DNA from: an uncultured Methanosarcinaceae archaeon
GTDB lineage: Archaea; Halobacteriota; Methanosarcinia; Methanosarcinales; Methanosarcinaceae
DNA: 64,000 bases
Direction of reading: 5' to 3'
Assembly (NCBI GenBank): GCA_963833425.1
Contig: CAWHXP010000011.1
Span: 1-64,000 of the forward strand
In this document: positions 46,213 to 59,251 of the stretch, piece after piece
Numbering within the stretch: the stretch's first letter is position 1
Layout: the number at the start of each line of letters is the position of its first letter
Translations under genes and position numbers: made by a program
The notes under the pieces: generated by a model
The model's input: only the letters and a program-made list of their open reading frames with translations
Told to the model about the DNA's origin: nothing
Database searches by the model: none

Positions 46213-46360
46213 TCAGAAAAAAACCGAAGATAATTCATATGCAATGACTGCAACTACAAAAGGACAGTTTCCGACATTCACAGTGGGTGTAATAGCGTTT
46301 GTGGTTGTGTTAATTGCAGACACATTATTGCTGTCAACGTTTGTAATATACGCATATTGC
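46213..46360 (-). pseudogene. Isolated YVTN repeat fragment
   Basis: YAYITNVDSNNVSAINTTTNAITPTVNVGNCPFVVAV. Confidence 0.6.
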
Positions 46361-46451
46361 ACTGTGCATGCGATACTTATAGCATAAAAATCAAACCTGT
46401 TGAGACTAAAGCTATCGAATACAATTTTTGTGTTCAATTTAATCGTTCATA

Positions 46452-46826
46452 CTACAGTTTTTTTAATCTAGACTCTAGATTCTCCTTTAAAGCTATGGCG
46501 TTATTAAAACGTTCATTCTTTGCGGCATATAACAAGGTTAAATCAGTTTTGTTTGCTTTTTCGATAAGTGTTTGTACATACTCTTCTTTTTGTTCCAATT
46601 CTTTAAGATAGCGTATCTTGAACTCTTCCCATTTTTCAGGATCATGGGAAAACCATTTTCTAAGCTCGTCATCCGGAGCTATTTCCTTTAGCCAGGCGTC
46701 AACCGGACTTCATTTTTACGGAGTCCTCTGGGCCAGAGCTTATCCACAAGTACCATCCCCCATCTTGATCGGAGGATTGTTCGTAAATCCTTTTAAGTCG
46801 GATCAACTGCTTTCCTTCATACTCAT
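46452..46826 (-). pseudogene. DUF488 (YeaO-like) protein, frameshifted
   Basis: LVDKLWP, LKEIAPDDELRKWFSHDPEKWEEFKIRYLKEL, LTLLYAAKNERFNNAIALKE. Confidence 0.75.
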
Positions 46827-47511
46827 TATAGTATGCTTGTTATATACGAATATTATTTACTCATGTTTTTATTCTAGTATATTTATGTGTCCATATATTT
46901 AAAAACAACCGTTTCTTGAGGCAGAACTGAGAATAAATAATCATTATATTTAGAATTCTTGTTTTACAGCAATTGCATGATCTTTTCGACTTTGATCTTG
47001 AATGTTCAATGGAGGATTCCTGGATATTTGACCGTAGTGTGGCCAAAATACATAATGGCATTGGTTAGGGATCTATGTAGGTGTTACTACACAGTAACGC
47101 AGGATAATATTAAATGATACTTTACATCCAAAAATTTTGGAAAGATTTTGGAGTAAAACTAATTTATATACTCTAATTTTCATTTCTCTCTGTCTTTCAA
47201 CTGATCAAGGAGACTAGCCTTTCGCTTAGATTATATCTATGGCTTTCTTGTCCATTCTTGAAATTATATAGAGTCTGTATTTTTTTGGAAATGGGTGGGG
47301 TACAAAATTATTTAAAGCTTAATAATAATTATCCATTTAGGGAATCAGAACAGGAGAGATGGGCAAACCGAGCTAATGACAACAAGATGACGAAAATTGG
47401 GCAGAAGAATTTTTTTGGTGTCATTATTTCAAAACTGCCTGAAAATAAAAGTTTTGTATTAGAGTTCTATTAGTTAGTGGAACTCATGCGAATTTAGATA
47501 AAAAGGAAAGA

Positions 47512-49254
47512 ATGTATGGGGTAAAATTTATGGATTGTACACTTCGAGTCGGAGGAGAAGCTGGGCAGGGGCTGGTAACTGTAGGAGGAGCTCTTTCAAA
47601 GGTCTTTTCCATAATAGGATATTATGTATTTACGCACCAGGATTACATGTCCAGGGTACGTGGTGGTCACAATTTTTACCAGATTCGCCTTTCCGACCAT
47701 GAGATATTCGCCTCCAGAGAGATGGTCGATATTCTCTTGGCTCTTGACCTGAATACTATAGAAATTCACAGAAAAAGTGTGAGAGATGAGGGATTTATTC
47801 TCTATGATTCTGGAATTACCAAAAAGAAATTTGAAGAACCTGAGTTTATGGATATTCCTTTCAGAAAAATAGCTCTTGATGTCGGAAAGGAAAGCATTAT
47901 GGTAAATACAGTAGCAACTGGAGCAGCACTTGGGATGCTTGGTATTGGGCTTGATGCCTTCAAGAATGTTCTAAGAAAAGCTTTCAAGGAAAAAGGGGGT
48001 GAAATAATCCAGAGCAATATAGCATGTGCAGAAGCTGGGTATAATTATGCTCATACAAACTGCACTAACTGCGGAGCTTTCGGAATCCATGAACCTGAGT
48101 ACAAAAAGCTAATGCTCATTGACGGGGTTCATGCAATCGGAATAGGAGCTGTTATTTCTGGTTGTAAGTTTTATTCCGGTTACCCTATGACGCCTTCAAC
48201 GGGAATTCTTGATTATATGGCCTCTAGAGCAGAAGAGTATAACTTAGTCGTTGAGCAGGCTGAAGATGAAATTGCGGCCATTAATATGGCTATAGGAGCC
48301 TCTTTTGCAGGTGTAAGGGCGATGACCGGAACTTCGGGTGGAGGATTTGCTCTGATGGTAGAAGGTCTTTCTCTGGCAGGAATGACCGAAACTCCTATTG
48401 TGATTGCAGAAATGCAGCGTCCTGGACCTGCAACCGGTTTGCCGACACGTACGGAGCAGGCAGACTTGCTTTTTATTCTTCATGCAGCACATGGAGAGTT
48501 TCCTAGAGTAATTTTTGAGCCCGGAAATCCAAAACAGGCTTTTTACTTAACCAATAAGGCTTTTGATCTTGCTGAAAAGTATCAGGTTCCCGTGTTCATC
48601 CAGTCGGACCAATATCTTGTGGATACTGAATGGACATATGAAACGTTCGACCTCGAGCATCTTATTTACAAAGATTACCGATTTAGACAAAAAGACCTTG
48701 AAGATGTTGAGGAGTATAAACGTTTTAAATATTCTGATACAGGAATCTCCCCCCTTGCGGTCCCCGGAGAAGCTGGAAGGCACCTGGTAGTAGCTGATAG
48801 TGATGAACATGACGAAGAAGGACATATTATAGAAGATAGTGAAACCCGTATTAAAATGGTTAAAAAAAGGCTGTTCAAGAAATTGTCCCTTATAAGGAAG
48901 GAAATGGAACCACCGTTTCTTTATGGAGACGCTTCTCCAAGTGTGGTGCTCATAGGGCACGGCTCTACTCATGGGGTATTAAAAGAGGTTGTTGATACTT
49001 ATTTTAGGGATCAAAAGGTTGCGATGATGCATTTCAGCCAGATATATCCCCTCCCAGAGCGGGGTAAGTTTGATTATATCGAGCTTCTTAAGAACGCAGA
49101 CCTTACCGTCAATATAGAAAATAATGCAAGCGGACAATTTGCAAAACTAATGCTAGCAGAAACAGGGTTTGAATTCTCCAACCAAATTTCAAAGTATGAT
49201 GGGAGGCCTTTTACCATCGAAAACCTGAAGGAGGAATTGCATGCCTACTTCTGA
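47512..49254 (+). CDS. korA: 2-oxoacid:ferredoxin oxidoreductase alpha subunit (gamma-alpha fusion)
   Basis: GGEAGQG, SRVRGGHN, YPMTPS, EQAEDEIAA, TSGGGFALM, QRPGPATGLPT. Confidence 0.9.
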   Translation: MYGVKFMDCTLRVGGEAGQGLVTVGGALSKVFSIIGYYVFTHQDYMSRVRGGHNFYQIRLSDHEIFASREMVDILLALDLNTIEIHRKSVRDEGFILYDSGITKKKFEEPEFMDIPFRKIALDVGKESIMVNTVATGAALGMLGIGLDAFKNVLRKAFKEKGGEIIQSNIACAEAGYNYAHTNCTNCGAFGIHEPEYKKLMLIDGVHAIGIGAVISGCKFYSGYPMTPSTGILDYMASRAEEYNLVVEQAEDEIAAINMAIGASFAGVRAMTGTSGGGFALMVEGLSLAGMTETPIVIAEMQRPGPATGLPTRTEQADLLFILHAAHGEFPRVIFEPGNPKQAFYLTNKAFDLAEKYQVPVFIQSDQYLVDTEWTYETFDLEHLIYKDYRFRQKDLEDVEEYKRFKYSDTGISPLAVPGEAGRHLVVADSDEHDEEGHIIEDSETRIKMVKKRLFKKLSLIRKEMEPPFLYGDASPSVVLIGHGSTHGVLKEVVDTYFRDQKVAMMHFSQIYPLPERGKFDYIELLKNADLTVNIENNASGQFAKLMLAETGFEFSNQISKYDGRPFTIENLKEELHAYF

Positions 49255-50092
49255 AGATTACGAGGGACAGGTTCCGGCCTGGTGCCCAGGATGTGGAAAT
49301 TTCAATATCCTTTCGACTATCAAGCAAGCACTAGCAGAACTTGGTATCGAGCCATGGGAAGTGCTTGTAGTTTCGGGAATAGGCCAGTCTGGAAAATTGC
49401 CCCACTATATTAGATGCCACACTTTTAATGGGTTACATGGCAGAACCCTGCCAGTAGCTACTGCTGCAAAACTTACCAATCACTTTTTGCAAGTAATTGC
49501 GGTTGCAGGAGATGGGGATTGTTATGGGGAAGGTGGGAATCATTTCCTTCACACAATTCGTCGCAACCCGAATATTTCTTTGTTCGTGCATAACAACCAG
49601 ATTTATGGACTGACAAAAGGACAGGCATCTCCTACCACAGCCAAGGGGACCCGCACAAAAATACAGCCATATGGTGTCCCTGAAGAGCCATTGAACCCGC
49701 TTGCTCTGGCAATTTCCCAGGACTGCAGTTTTGTAGCCAGGGGTTTTTCAGGGGATCCGGATTACCTAAAAGATCTTATGAAGGCCGCTATAACACACAA
49801 AGGTTTTTCCCTCCTTGACATCCTTCAACCTTGTATTACCTTTAATAAGATAAATACTTTCAAGTGGTATCAAAACAGGGTATATAAATTGGAAGAAGGA
49901 TATGATCCCAATAACCGCTTAAAGGCATTTGAAAGGTCTCTTGAATGGGGAGATAAGATTCCCAACGGCATTTTTTATCAAAATGCGCGCGAGACTCTCG
50001 AGGATGGAGTCCCAGCGATTCAGGAAAAGCCTCTTGTAAGGCAAAAATTTTCTATTGAGGATGTGAAGCACGAAATTGAAAAATTTTATTAA
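49241..50092 (+). CDS. korB: 2-oxoacid:ferredoxin oxidoreductase beta subunit
   Basis: WCPGCG, SGIGQS, LHGR, GDGD TPP motif, YGLTKGQASPT, QPCITFN; overlaps korA. Confidence 0.9.
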   Translation: MPTSEDYEGQVPAWCPGCGNFNILSTIKQALAELGIEPWEVLVVSGIGQSGKLPHYIRCHTFNGLHGRTLPVATAAKLTNHFLQVIAVAGDGDCYGEGGNHFLHTIRRNPNISLFVHNNQIYGLTKGQASPTTAKGTRTKIQPYGVPEEPLNPLALAISQDCSFVARGFSGDPDYLKDLMKAAITHKGFSLLDILQPCITFNKINTFKWYQNRVYKLEEGYDPNNRLKAFERSLEWGDKIPNGIFYQNARETLEDGVPAIQEKPLVRQKFSIEDVKHEIEKFY

Positions 50093-50355
50093 AATCAGCT
50101 ATATAAAATTCTCGGTTGATAGCACAATATTCTAATTTGACAGAAGAGCCATTGGAAATAAAGAATATAAGTTGTAATTTTACTTCTAAAAAAGCGCATC
50201 TTATATGTCTGATTTTGTTCTATCAACAGATAACTTCACCAATCTTCCTTAGGTTTTAATAATTGTGATTTTTGATATATATTATATTTAAAAGATTCCG
50301 AACTTTATTCTTCTTCCTTTGAATTCTCTTTTTGAATCAATTTCTCAGTTTGTGT

Positions 50356-51360
50356 TCATTCTTCAAGCATGAGTTCTCCCTTCAAATATGAGGCCGCTTT
50401 TTCGGGAGGAACCGTATTGATATAAGTTCCTGTATTCAGCTCAAATCCTGCACTAATAGAAAGTCTAGGAAGAAGCCGAAGATTTAGGTGATATTTAGAA
50501 TTTTTGAAAAGCTGGTAAAACATATAGTTAAAAGGAACATTTCCTAAGACTCTTCTGTAACTTCTGAGAGAATATCTTAAAGCGTCTCCAAGGGCAAAAA
50601 GGAGTTTATCATTGCAATCTCCGAGAAAACTCATATGTTTCCTAGGAAGAATCCATACTTCAAATGATCCCATCGAATAATAAGGAGCAAAGGCGATCCA
50701 TTCACTATTTTCATAAATGAGTCTAGATGAAGCTTTTTCCTTAGCAAAGATTGCACAGTAAGGACAATTTTCTCTTTCTTTAATAGCCTTCATTTCCCTT
50801 TCAAGTGAAGGAGGGCAAAAAGGAAGGGCGATAAGCTGACTATGTGAATGATCTAGGGATGCACCTGCATCTTTCCCTGAATTTTTGAATAGAGAGATAT
50901 AGCGTATTTTTTCCTGAGTTATATAATTACATGTGCGGTCTCTATAAACATTCATGAGTCCTGCGATCTCAAGGTCAGAAAAATCTTCTAGTCTTCTCCA
51001 ATGCAAAGGTGATTCTATAATAACTTCATGAAAACCATATCCAGGTTCAGACTGCAAGCCAATTTCTTGATTTTCCAGAATATCAGGGACAGGAGAAAGG
51101 GTAGGATAGAGATTCGGAAAACATCGAAAATCCCAGTTAACTATTCTCTTTTCAGGAGTATCTACAAAAATTTTCCCATCTTTATATACTGCAGTAGCTA
51201 GGGGAGTATCTGCCTCAGCTCCTCCACAAAACGAACAACTTACAGTACTGGATTTCACTAAACTTTCAGCTATATCAGCAAAATCCGAAGGTCTTTTAGT
51301 TCTTTCTTCAGCAATTATGCAGTATTCAAAAAGAAAATAATGCTTTCTGATTTCTGACAT
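50356..51360 (-). CDS. galT: Galactose-1-phosphate uridylyltransferase (HIT family)
   Basis: R.KRP, CSFC, PNLYP, GFHEVIIESP.H, FKNSGKDAGASLDHSHSQ, CPYC. Confidence 0.88.
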   Translation of the reverse strand: MSEIRKHYFLFEYCIIAEERTKRPSDFADIAESLVKSSTVSCSFCGGAEADTPLATAVYKDGKIFVDTPEKRIVNWDFRCFPNLYPTLSPVPDILENQEIGLQSEPGYGFHEVIIESPLHWRRLEDFSDLEIAGLMNVYRDRTCNYITQEKIRYISLFKNSGKDAGASLDHSHSQLIALPFCPPSLEREMKAIKERENCPYCAIFAKEKASSRLIYENSEWIAFAPYYSMGSFEVWILPRKHMSFLGDCNDKLLFALGDALRYSLRSYRRVLGNVPFNYMFYQLFKNSKYHLNLRLLPRLSISAGFELNTGTYINTVPPEKAASYLKGELMLEE

Positions 51361-52434
51361 AAGGTAAACCCCATTATTCTTAGTTGGTACTTTCCGATTT
51401 TTTCTTTCTCTCGATTGTTGGGGATCTTATAGGATAAATCCATTTTTATTTGTGGCCCTTTTTATCTGCTTCTCCAAATGTACACCTTAAAATTAACGAT
51501 ATAATTCTTTTCTATTCCTTCAAGTGTACAAACGTAGACTTTTATGAATTATTGCCTACTCTATGTGTAGATTTCTACGGATTAGGAATCTTTTTGATAT
51601 TTTCTAATTTTTCTTCAATTTTGAACGAATTAATCACCGCAGAAGGAAAAAAAGCCTCAAAAATTCCTGTGCGAATTCTTGGTACTAGACTAAGATATTG
51701 GTATAAGGTTCATTAAAGTATTTAATAAGGAATCTACAATAACAATAACTTCGGGGTGTAATTTTAAATAAAGTGAGGTAAAATTATGTAAAATAATGAA
51801 AACATATTAATCCAACCGTATTTTTAGTATGTGCTTGTTGGATAGCACCGAATGGTGATTATCGGATTGAAGTGTTGGGCTAAATAAAGACTCAAACATG
51901 ATATTGTAGTCTATGTTTTTCGGATAGGAAGATCTCAACTGATAAACTATTCTGTGTGGGCAAAAAACACGGTTTCTAAGCAGGAAGGTTCTGTTAGAAT
52001 ACAGTATGCATATGTAACTTGAAACGGATTAAATGACATAGCGTTTTATTGCTATTATGGAAAAATACTTAGAAATGATTAAAAAATCTGGTCGTGTTAA
52101 ATCTTTAAGCAAGTGGTAAATAAATATAATGTTCTGATAGCTCTTAGTGAGTTGGTTCTGTAAATATTAATGCGTAATAAAATGTTGCTACATCTGTAAT
52201 TCTAGTGTATTAAAAAAAATTTATATATGCATATATCAATAATTTCGTGTCTTACCGGAATCCCCTTCGGAGATCTTTCCCCTCGTTTCTTCGGTTGCTT
52301 TCTTCGTGATATTTTGGTGTGGATCATAAATCAAAAATAAATTTTTTGTATAGATGACTCATGATTAGTAATGATTTTCAATTCAAACTCAGTAGTGAAG
52401 AGCAAAGCAAAACGTTATTTAAAAATAAACTATA

Positions 52435-53064
52435 GAGGATTTCGATAAACTTCGGATTTTATTTCTAGCAGGGATTTCTCATATCTTTCCCTCAATTTCT
52501 CTCTTTAATTCCTCTTTTTGCCTCATCTCCTCGAGGTTTATCTGCTTTTGCATGTCCTGGATCTGAATGGATAAAAGTAGCATCCTGAATCATCCTGCTT
52601 TATCTGTAAACCCAGAGCATAAAGTTGGCTTTGCGACTTTCCCCATATTTTCTTTGAAATTTTCGCTAATTCTCTCCCTAAATAGCCATACAGTAGTACT
52701 GTAAGGTACGTATTCCAGAAATACAAGTAATTTCCTAAAAGAAATTCTATCTATACACTGTTTCTCAAGTTCAAAATCAGAGAGCTCCTGCCATTGTTGT
52801 AAAACAAGCATTTTGAACATCACAATGACATCAGTTTCAGGTCTCCCTTCTGAAACGGTTTTGCTAATATACATAGACTCAAGAATAATACGAAACGTTT
52901 TCCAATCAATTAAGGAATCAATTTCAGCAAGCTTATCTCCAACAGATTCAAGACGTTTATACTCTTCTTTAAGAGCAAAACAGAAGAGTTTCCATGAATA
53001 TAGATAAGTTTTGACAAATTTAAAGCCAACCATGCTCAAGAGCATGGAGTTTATCGAAATTCTC
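52435..53064 (-). mobile_element. Second copy of the internally deleted IS5-family element (~630 bp)
   Basis: Reverse-complement match to 12037-12676 including the deletion junction; TATA on both flanks. Confidence 0.9.
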
Positions 53065-53225
53065 TATAATCATTATCTAAAAATTCATTTTAAGATCAAA
53101 ATTTAATTTTAATATAGAGTCGATATAGCAAAATGGATGGGTGTGAGCTCGTTAACTCGTGAACAAAAGTTTAAAGAATGAGCTAACAAGGCTTCAAGCT
53201 TTAATTTACTAGCAGTTCACTTACT

Positions 53226-53432
53226 TTATTTATGTTTGGATGCGTAAACAAGGCCTTTGACAACTCCAATTGAAACCATTGCTATCAGCAATGCAGTTAA
53301 TAGAACCATAAGAAGGTTTTTCTCGTCAGCATATTTAAACATGAAGTGGAATAAAAAAGCACTTAAAATTGCTCCAACACCCACTAAGATTAATGTTTGG
53401 CTTCCTAAAATTTTTTCTGTATCCTTGCTCAT
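53226..53432 (-). CDS. Small two-TM membrane protein
   Basis: 68 aa, two hydrophobic stretches, basic tail. Confidence 0.65.
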   Translation of the reverse strand: MSKDTEKILGSQTLILVGVGAILSAFLFHFMFKYADEKNLLMVLLTALLIAMVSIGVVKGLVYASKHK

Positions 53433-53852
53433 CGCCCATTATCTCCAGAAAATAATTGCCAACAAATGGCGGAGGATTTCTATAAATTCTAATTTTTGGC
53501 TTTTTATTTATAAACGTATGTGTCAACACTTTGTTAAAATCGAAGGTTTAAATGAAATTTTCTAAGATTTAAAGTTTGCGAAAAGTCAGAAGCTTAATAA
53601 AAAAATCATGGATAGTTAGTTATATTTATGAGGTTGTTAGATATCCATAAACAAGATTGTTTATTCAACCTGCTTTCCAAGATGTACTCAAGAATTCCAT
53701 TTATTTTCCCAATATGACAGTAGCTTAAAAATTAATCTAACTTTCAGTGAGGATAGCTGGTAAATGGGCTAAGAAATTATATATCTGTGTATATATACAA
53801 AATATCGAATTTGAGTATTTGTGGAATATACTACCATTTAAAAATTACATAT

Positions 53853-54074
53853 TCAGAGAAATTCAAGACAAAGATCTACGTAGTATTCTCTTGCAATATT
53901 TTTTAGCCAATCAGGCACCAGACAATTCCTGTCAGCTATGATTTCATTCAGGTAGTATAGAGATTCTTCTGTTCTACACTCGCTGAGCCTTTTTATGGCA
54001 GTTCTCCTCCCCCATGAAGATCTTTCATCATCAAGAGCTTCAATGTAAAGCTGATATTCTTTACTATCATCCAT
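53853..54074 (-). CDS. Small HEAT-like helical protein
   Basis: MDDSKEYQLYIEALDDERSSWGRRTAIKRL...; ATG at 54074 preferred over 54146. Confidence 0.55.
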   Translation of the reverse strand: MDDSKEYQLYIEALDDERSSWGRRTAIKRLSECRTEESLYYLNEIIADRNCLVPDWLKNIAREYYVDLCLEFL

Positions 54075-55489
54075 AATATAATTGACATTACCAATCGGAT
54101 ATAATTGTTTTTGTTGGATGTCAGGAATTAACAGATTTTTTAACATTTTCTGGATCGTAAAAATTCATCATAATATTTTGCATTCTACAACTGAAACGAA
54201 TCAAAACCCAGCAAAAATAAAAAGTTTTGAAATTAAATATGGCCGAAATAAATTATGTGGTAAAGTCCTTATGAAATTTCTTTCGTTCAATAAATATAGA
54301 AAAATAAAGATATACTTAAGTAATACTTTTAAAATATAAAGATAAGTTAAATCATACTTTCTAAAACTCGCAGATTTCTCACTTTAAAAGCATCTATTCA
54401 AATTCCAGTTTTTATTTCATTTAATAAATATAATTTAGTGTCGTGCTTAATATTATTTAGTTTACTTATCCATGAAACCAAGCTCTGAACTCTCAAATGG
54501 AATATACTTGGATGATGTAGACTCATGATAAGTTTTATGAAACGGCACTATTTATGCTTCCCACAAGCTCTGATTCAAACATGAATGACTATAAGGCGAT
54601 TTTAGGGACACTCTTGAGTTAAGTAATAAAATTATTTATCAACATTAAGAAAACTCAATGACGGAGCCGAGAATTAGTCAGATAATATCGATCTATAAAC
54701 GAAATCTGGAACAAGGTTAGTAATATAGTCCAAACTAATAAAAAAGTAAATGAAATCTCATTTGATGTTGAGAATAAAAGAAACCAATATTATTTTGATA
54801 CAATTAGTAAAGGATGCTGTTGATACTGATATAGAGAAGCTAGGTAAGTGTTATAGTCATCAATCATCATTCATTTGTATATTGTAAGTGAGTCTGTGGC
54901 ATTGTTTATAATAACTTTTAGTTACTTATTAATATAATTTAATTAATACATTTTTAGTATTTATTTTTATCAACAAGTCTTCACATCGAAAATAAAAATA
55001 GACCCTTTTAATAAAAACAAACTATTAATTTAAAATCAAAAAAATTACTATGTTAAATTCTTTGCAGTTAGCAAATATTAATTTGGATAGGAGGCATCCG
55101 TTTTTGGCAGTTTTCTCTATAACTTGGTAAATTATTTGAAAATATAGAATCAGATTTATTGAATTGGAAAAATACTCTTTTTTAATATTTTTCATATATG
55201 CTATTATACATGAACACTTAGGATTAAATATTGGCAAATAAATTATTTTATATAATTATTTCATTAATACAAATCATCCTAGGTTAGTTTCTAACACTCA
55301 TTTTGAATCAAAAATGACTAAATGAGACAGAAGATAACAAATTTAAAGATTATAGCCACTCGATTAATTGATTCGATATCAAGAACTAGCAGTATGCAAT
55401 GCCAAGAAGCCGATTGATAAATACTTTATATATAATCAAACATCTTCTGATTTTTTAGATTTATAAAATAAGGAGAATGGTGAAAATAA

Positions 55490-58488
55490 ATGATAAGTAA
55501 ACATAAGTTATATTTATTCTTGATTTCAACAACCATGATTTTAATTCTGACAAGTATAGCAGGTGCATTTCAAGATGCCTGTATTACAAACTACTGGAGC
55601 AACAATGTCTCTGTAATTAACACAACGAACAACATTGTCTATACCAATGTAGCTGTAGGAGATGGACCTCGGGGAGTTGCGGTCACACCTGAGGGATCAA
55701 CTGTATATATGACTAACGGAGGCAGTGGCAATGTCTCTGTAATTAACACAACAAACAACACTGCTTATGCCAGCGTACCTGTAGGAAACTGGCCTTATGG
55801 AGTTGCAGTCACACATGATGGATCAACAGTATATGTGGCAAACTACAAAAGCAGCAATGTCACAGTAATATAACACATCTAACAATACTGCCTATGACAC
55901 TGTAACCGTAGGAAATGGGCCCATTGCTTTCGGGCAGTTTATAGGTAATATTCTAGTGACTAATCCAAATATGATCATCACCAAGTCACCATCTTCAACA
56001 ACTTATAATGATGATGGTAGTGTTTCCTACACATACACTGTAACTAACGTAGGAAATTTGGATTTAAACATTACCAGTGTTATCGATAACCTTATTGGTT
56101 CAATTCCTGGCTTTGTTGGCAAAGTTGTTGGAGCTGATGGTGGTTACATTAGCACAGTTCCATACAAAACTAACCAATCTCAATTTGACGTCGATTCTAT
56201 TACAAATAACGTAACTGCAACCAGTTAGTTGTTAAACGGTAGCTTAGGTCCAACAAACCAGACTAGTGCAACAGTATATGCAGCAGGTCAGGAACGTAAT
56301 ATAACCATAATAAAGCTTCCATTTTCACCAACTTATAATGAAAATGGTACCGTTTACTACACTTACTATATAATTAACAGTGGAAATTTGGGTTTGAAAA
56401 TTACTGACGTTACAGATGAAGTTGTTGGTTCATTAATCCCCTTTAAAAACATTATTCTTCCATCGAATAGTTACACTTACATGAATAATGTTCCCTATTT
56501 AACTAACCAGACACAATTTGATGCAGGTAAAATTACCAATACCGTAATAGTAACCAGTCAGTTGTTAAATGGTACCAAAGGACAATCAAACTCTACTAGT
56601 GCAACAGTATATGCAGCAGGTCAGAATCCAAATATAACCATAACAAAAGTATCATCTTCACCAACTTATAATGAAAATGGTATGTTTACTACACCTACAC
56701 TGTAACTAACAGTGGAAATTTGGATTTGACAATTACCGGCGTTACTGATGACCACGTTGGTTCAATTACCAGGTTTATTGGCACTACTCTTGGAGCTAAT
56801 GGTGGTACTGCTAGAATAACAGTTCCCTACGCGACTAACCGGACACAATTTGACGCTGGTTATATTACCAATAACATAACTGTAACCAGTGTTTTGTTAA
56901 ATGGTAGTGCAGGGCCAACAAACCTGACTAATGCAAAAGTATATGCATCCAGTCATATTCCTACAATTTTCTGGAGTAATCCTTCTAACATAACCTATGG
57001 AACAGCATTAAGTAGTACCCAGCTAAATGCAACTGCTTCAGTAAATGGGACATTTAACTATGATCCACCATCAGGAACTGTATTAAGTATAGGTACACAT
57101 ACCTTGAGTATTATTTTCACACCAACTGATACTGCAAACTATACTACAGCAACAAAAAATGTTTCAACCAATGTGACTCCTGCTACATTGCCTATAGCAC
57201 AATTTACTGCAAATACAACTACGGGTAATGCTCCACTAACTGTACAGTTCACTGATACAAGCACAGGATCACCAACTTCATGGAACTGGTCATTTGGAGA
57301 TGGAACTTATGCTACGCAACAGAACCCAGTGCATACTTACTCGACAGCTGGAAACTATCAAGTTAGAATGACAGCAATCAATAGTGCTGGTCAATCAAAA
57401 TCAAAACCTACTAAGATAACGGTAGATTCTGCCACTGCAACACCACCCGATCAGGGTGCAGGTCTGACAATAATAAAATCAGCATCTCCAATGAGTTACG
57501 ACGCTATAGGACAAACTATCACATACACTTACACTGTAAAAAATATAGGAAATGTGGATCTCACAGGTCTTCAGATTATAGACGACAAGTTTGGCTCAAT
57601 CAAGCTTTCAGCAACTAGTCTTGCCCCAAATGCTCAAACTACAGGAACAGCTACCTACATAACAACACAGCATGATCTTGATGCTGGTTATGTGACCAAT
57701 TTAGCTACTGCAACGGGTTTATTCAACGGTAAGAAAATTACTTCAAACAACGACGTGGGGTCGTTCTCTATGAACATGAACATCATCAAGAACATCCAAC
57801 CAATGAAAGAGATTTTGGACCTAACTATGGGGGTGCTTTTTCGCCACCGATGATGTCTGGCATTCCTGTGTATGGCAGTCTGATGTATGGCAGTCCTATA
57901 GATGGAAGTGGGCCTCCGTACACAACAGAAGCACCACGGTTGGACTTGATTGGTTCCAAAACGAAGGCTTCTTTGGAGAAACATAAACAAAAAAACCATT
58001 CAAAACACCACAAAATAGAAAAAAATCACTCAAAACACCATAAAGTTAGGAATATACGCCATCCTTAGGAATTGTACTCAATGCAGGTATGCATACATTG
58101 ACTATTGCTTTCACGCCAACTGATACTAAAAACTGTACTACAGCGTCAAAAATTGCTGCGATCAATGTTCTGAAGGCCACTCCTGCAATATCTGGAGTAA
58201 TCCTGCTAACATGTGTCAAGGAATGCCATTAACTATGATCAGTTAGATGCAAGTGCTTTAAATGCAGCTGGAGTCGCAGTACCAGGAATTTTCTATAATC
58301 CAGACGTACGCACTGTATTGAATGCAGGTCAGCAACTGCCATTGTCTATGTATTTCGAACCTGCTGATGCCTTAAATTATGCTAACGCGTCAAAGACTGT
58401 TTATATTAACGTGAACCAGTGCCCAGAAAAGCATGGATTCGACCGCGAGTCGGAGTATAGTACATTTCTTCCATTAAATTGGGGGTAA
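55490..58488 (+). pseudogene. Large surface protein (signal peptide, YVTN, three DUF11-like repeats, PKD, further DUF11-like, His/Lys-rich tail), fragmented
   Basis: YTYTVTN.GN repeats, WNWSFGDG..QQNPVHTY PKD; frameshift ~55870, in-frame TAG 56226-56228, frameshifts ~56685 and ~57755. Confidence 0.8.
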
Positions 58489-58549
58489 AAATCCTAATAA
58501 AATCTAAAAAGTAAGGAGTCCAGCACCTCCTTTTTCTAATCTTTTACAT

Positions 58550-58771
58550 TCATAAGTTCGCAAAGTTCCCCGTTATTCCTGTTTCACACGTTGAAAGAGT
58601 CAAAAGTTCAGGCTGTGCACCAATTTTCATTATTTCCCTTGCTGTAAGAATGCTATCCTCCAGCACAATACCAGAATCAAGAGGATCAGATGGATTGAAG
58701 CCTGCGCAAGTGCTCATATGATAATTCACCTTTCTATCAACAATTTCACAAATGACTTTACGATGCTCCAT
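58550..58771 (-). pseudogene. CHAT-domain fragment
   Basis: DPLDSGIVLED.ILTAREI...ELLTLSTCETG. Confidence 0.55.
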
Positions 58772-59251
58772 TAGTTTTAAGGTCTATTTTAGTTAATATA
58801 TGAACACTCTTGTTTAAAATGGCATGTACGGACAGTGCACATCCACTTATCAGCAGGGGTATAAAGCATGTGGTAACAAATTACAAAACTTACGTAAATA
58901 ACGATTTTAGACATTTACATTTATCGACTCCGTAGAAAACCTATCTAAATCAGCTACATTGGACTGAAAATAAATAAGTAAAAATATATTGGGTCATACA
59001 GTTCAAAATAATGGAAATCCGATATTTCATATGAAAAAAATTGTGGTGCCCAATTGCATAGATGCAATTTTTTGCATGCCTCAGTTCCTTTTAATGGTAC
59101 GATGGTAGCTTAAAATAAATTCGCATGTGAATTTTTTTATCTTCGAAAAAGAAAAATAAACATCTATTAAAAATTTATACACAAATTATTGGTTAAAACA
59201 AAAAAATACCAGGGTAAAATGATGGGAAAATGATTATAACTCCCAGTCCCT

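Noticed and set aside
24454..56228. In-frame TAG codons (24454, 45601, 56226) as pyrrolysine sites or genome-wide TAG recoding
   Set aside because: At 24454 and 56226 a sister repeat has CAG at the same position (simple transition); all three genes also have frameshifts; queE ends in TAG at its expected C-terminus. Partial readthrough cannot be excluded but is unsupported.
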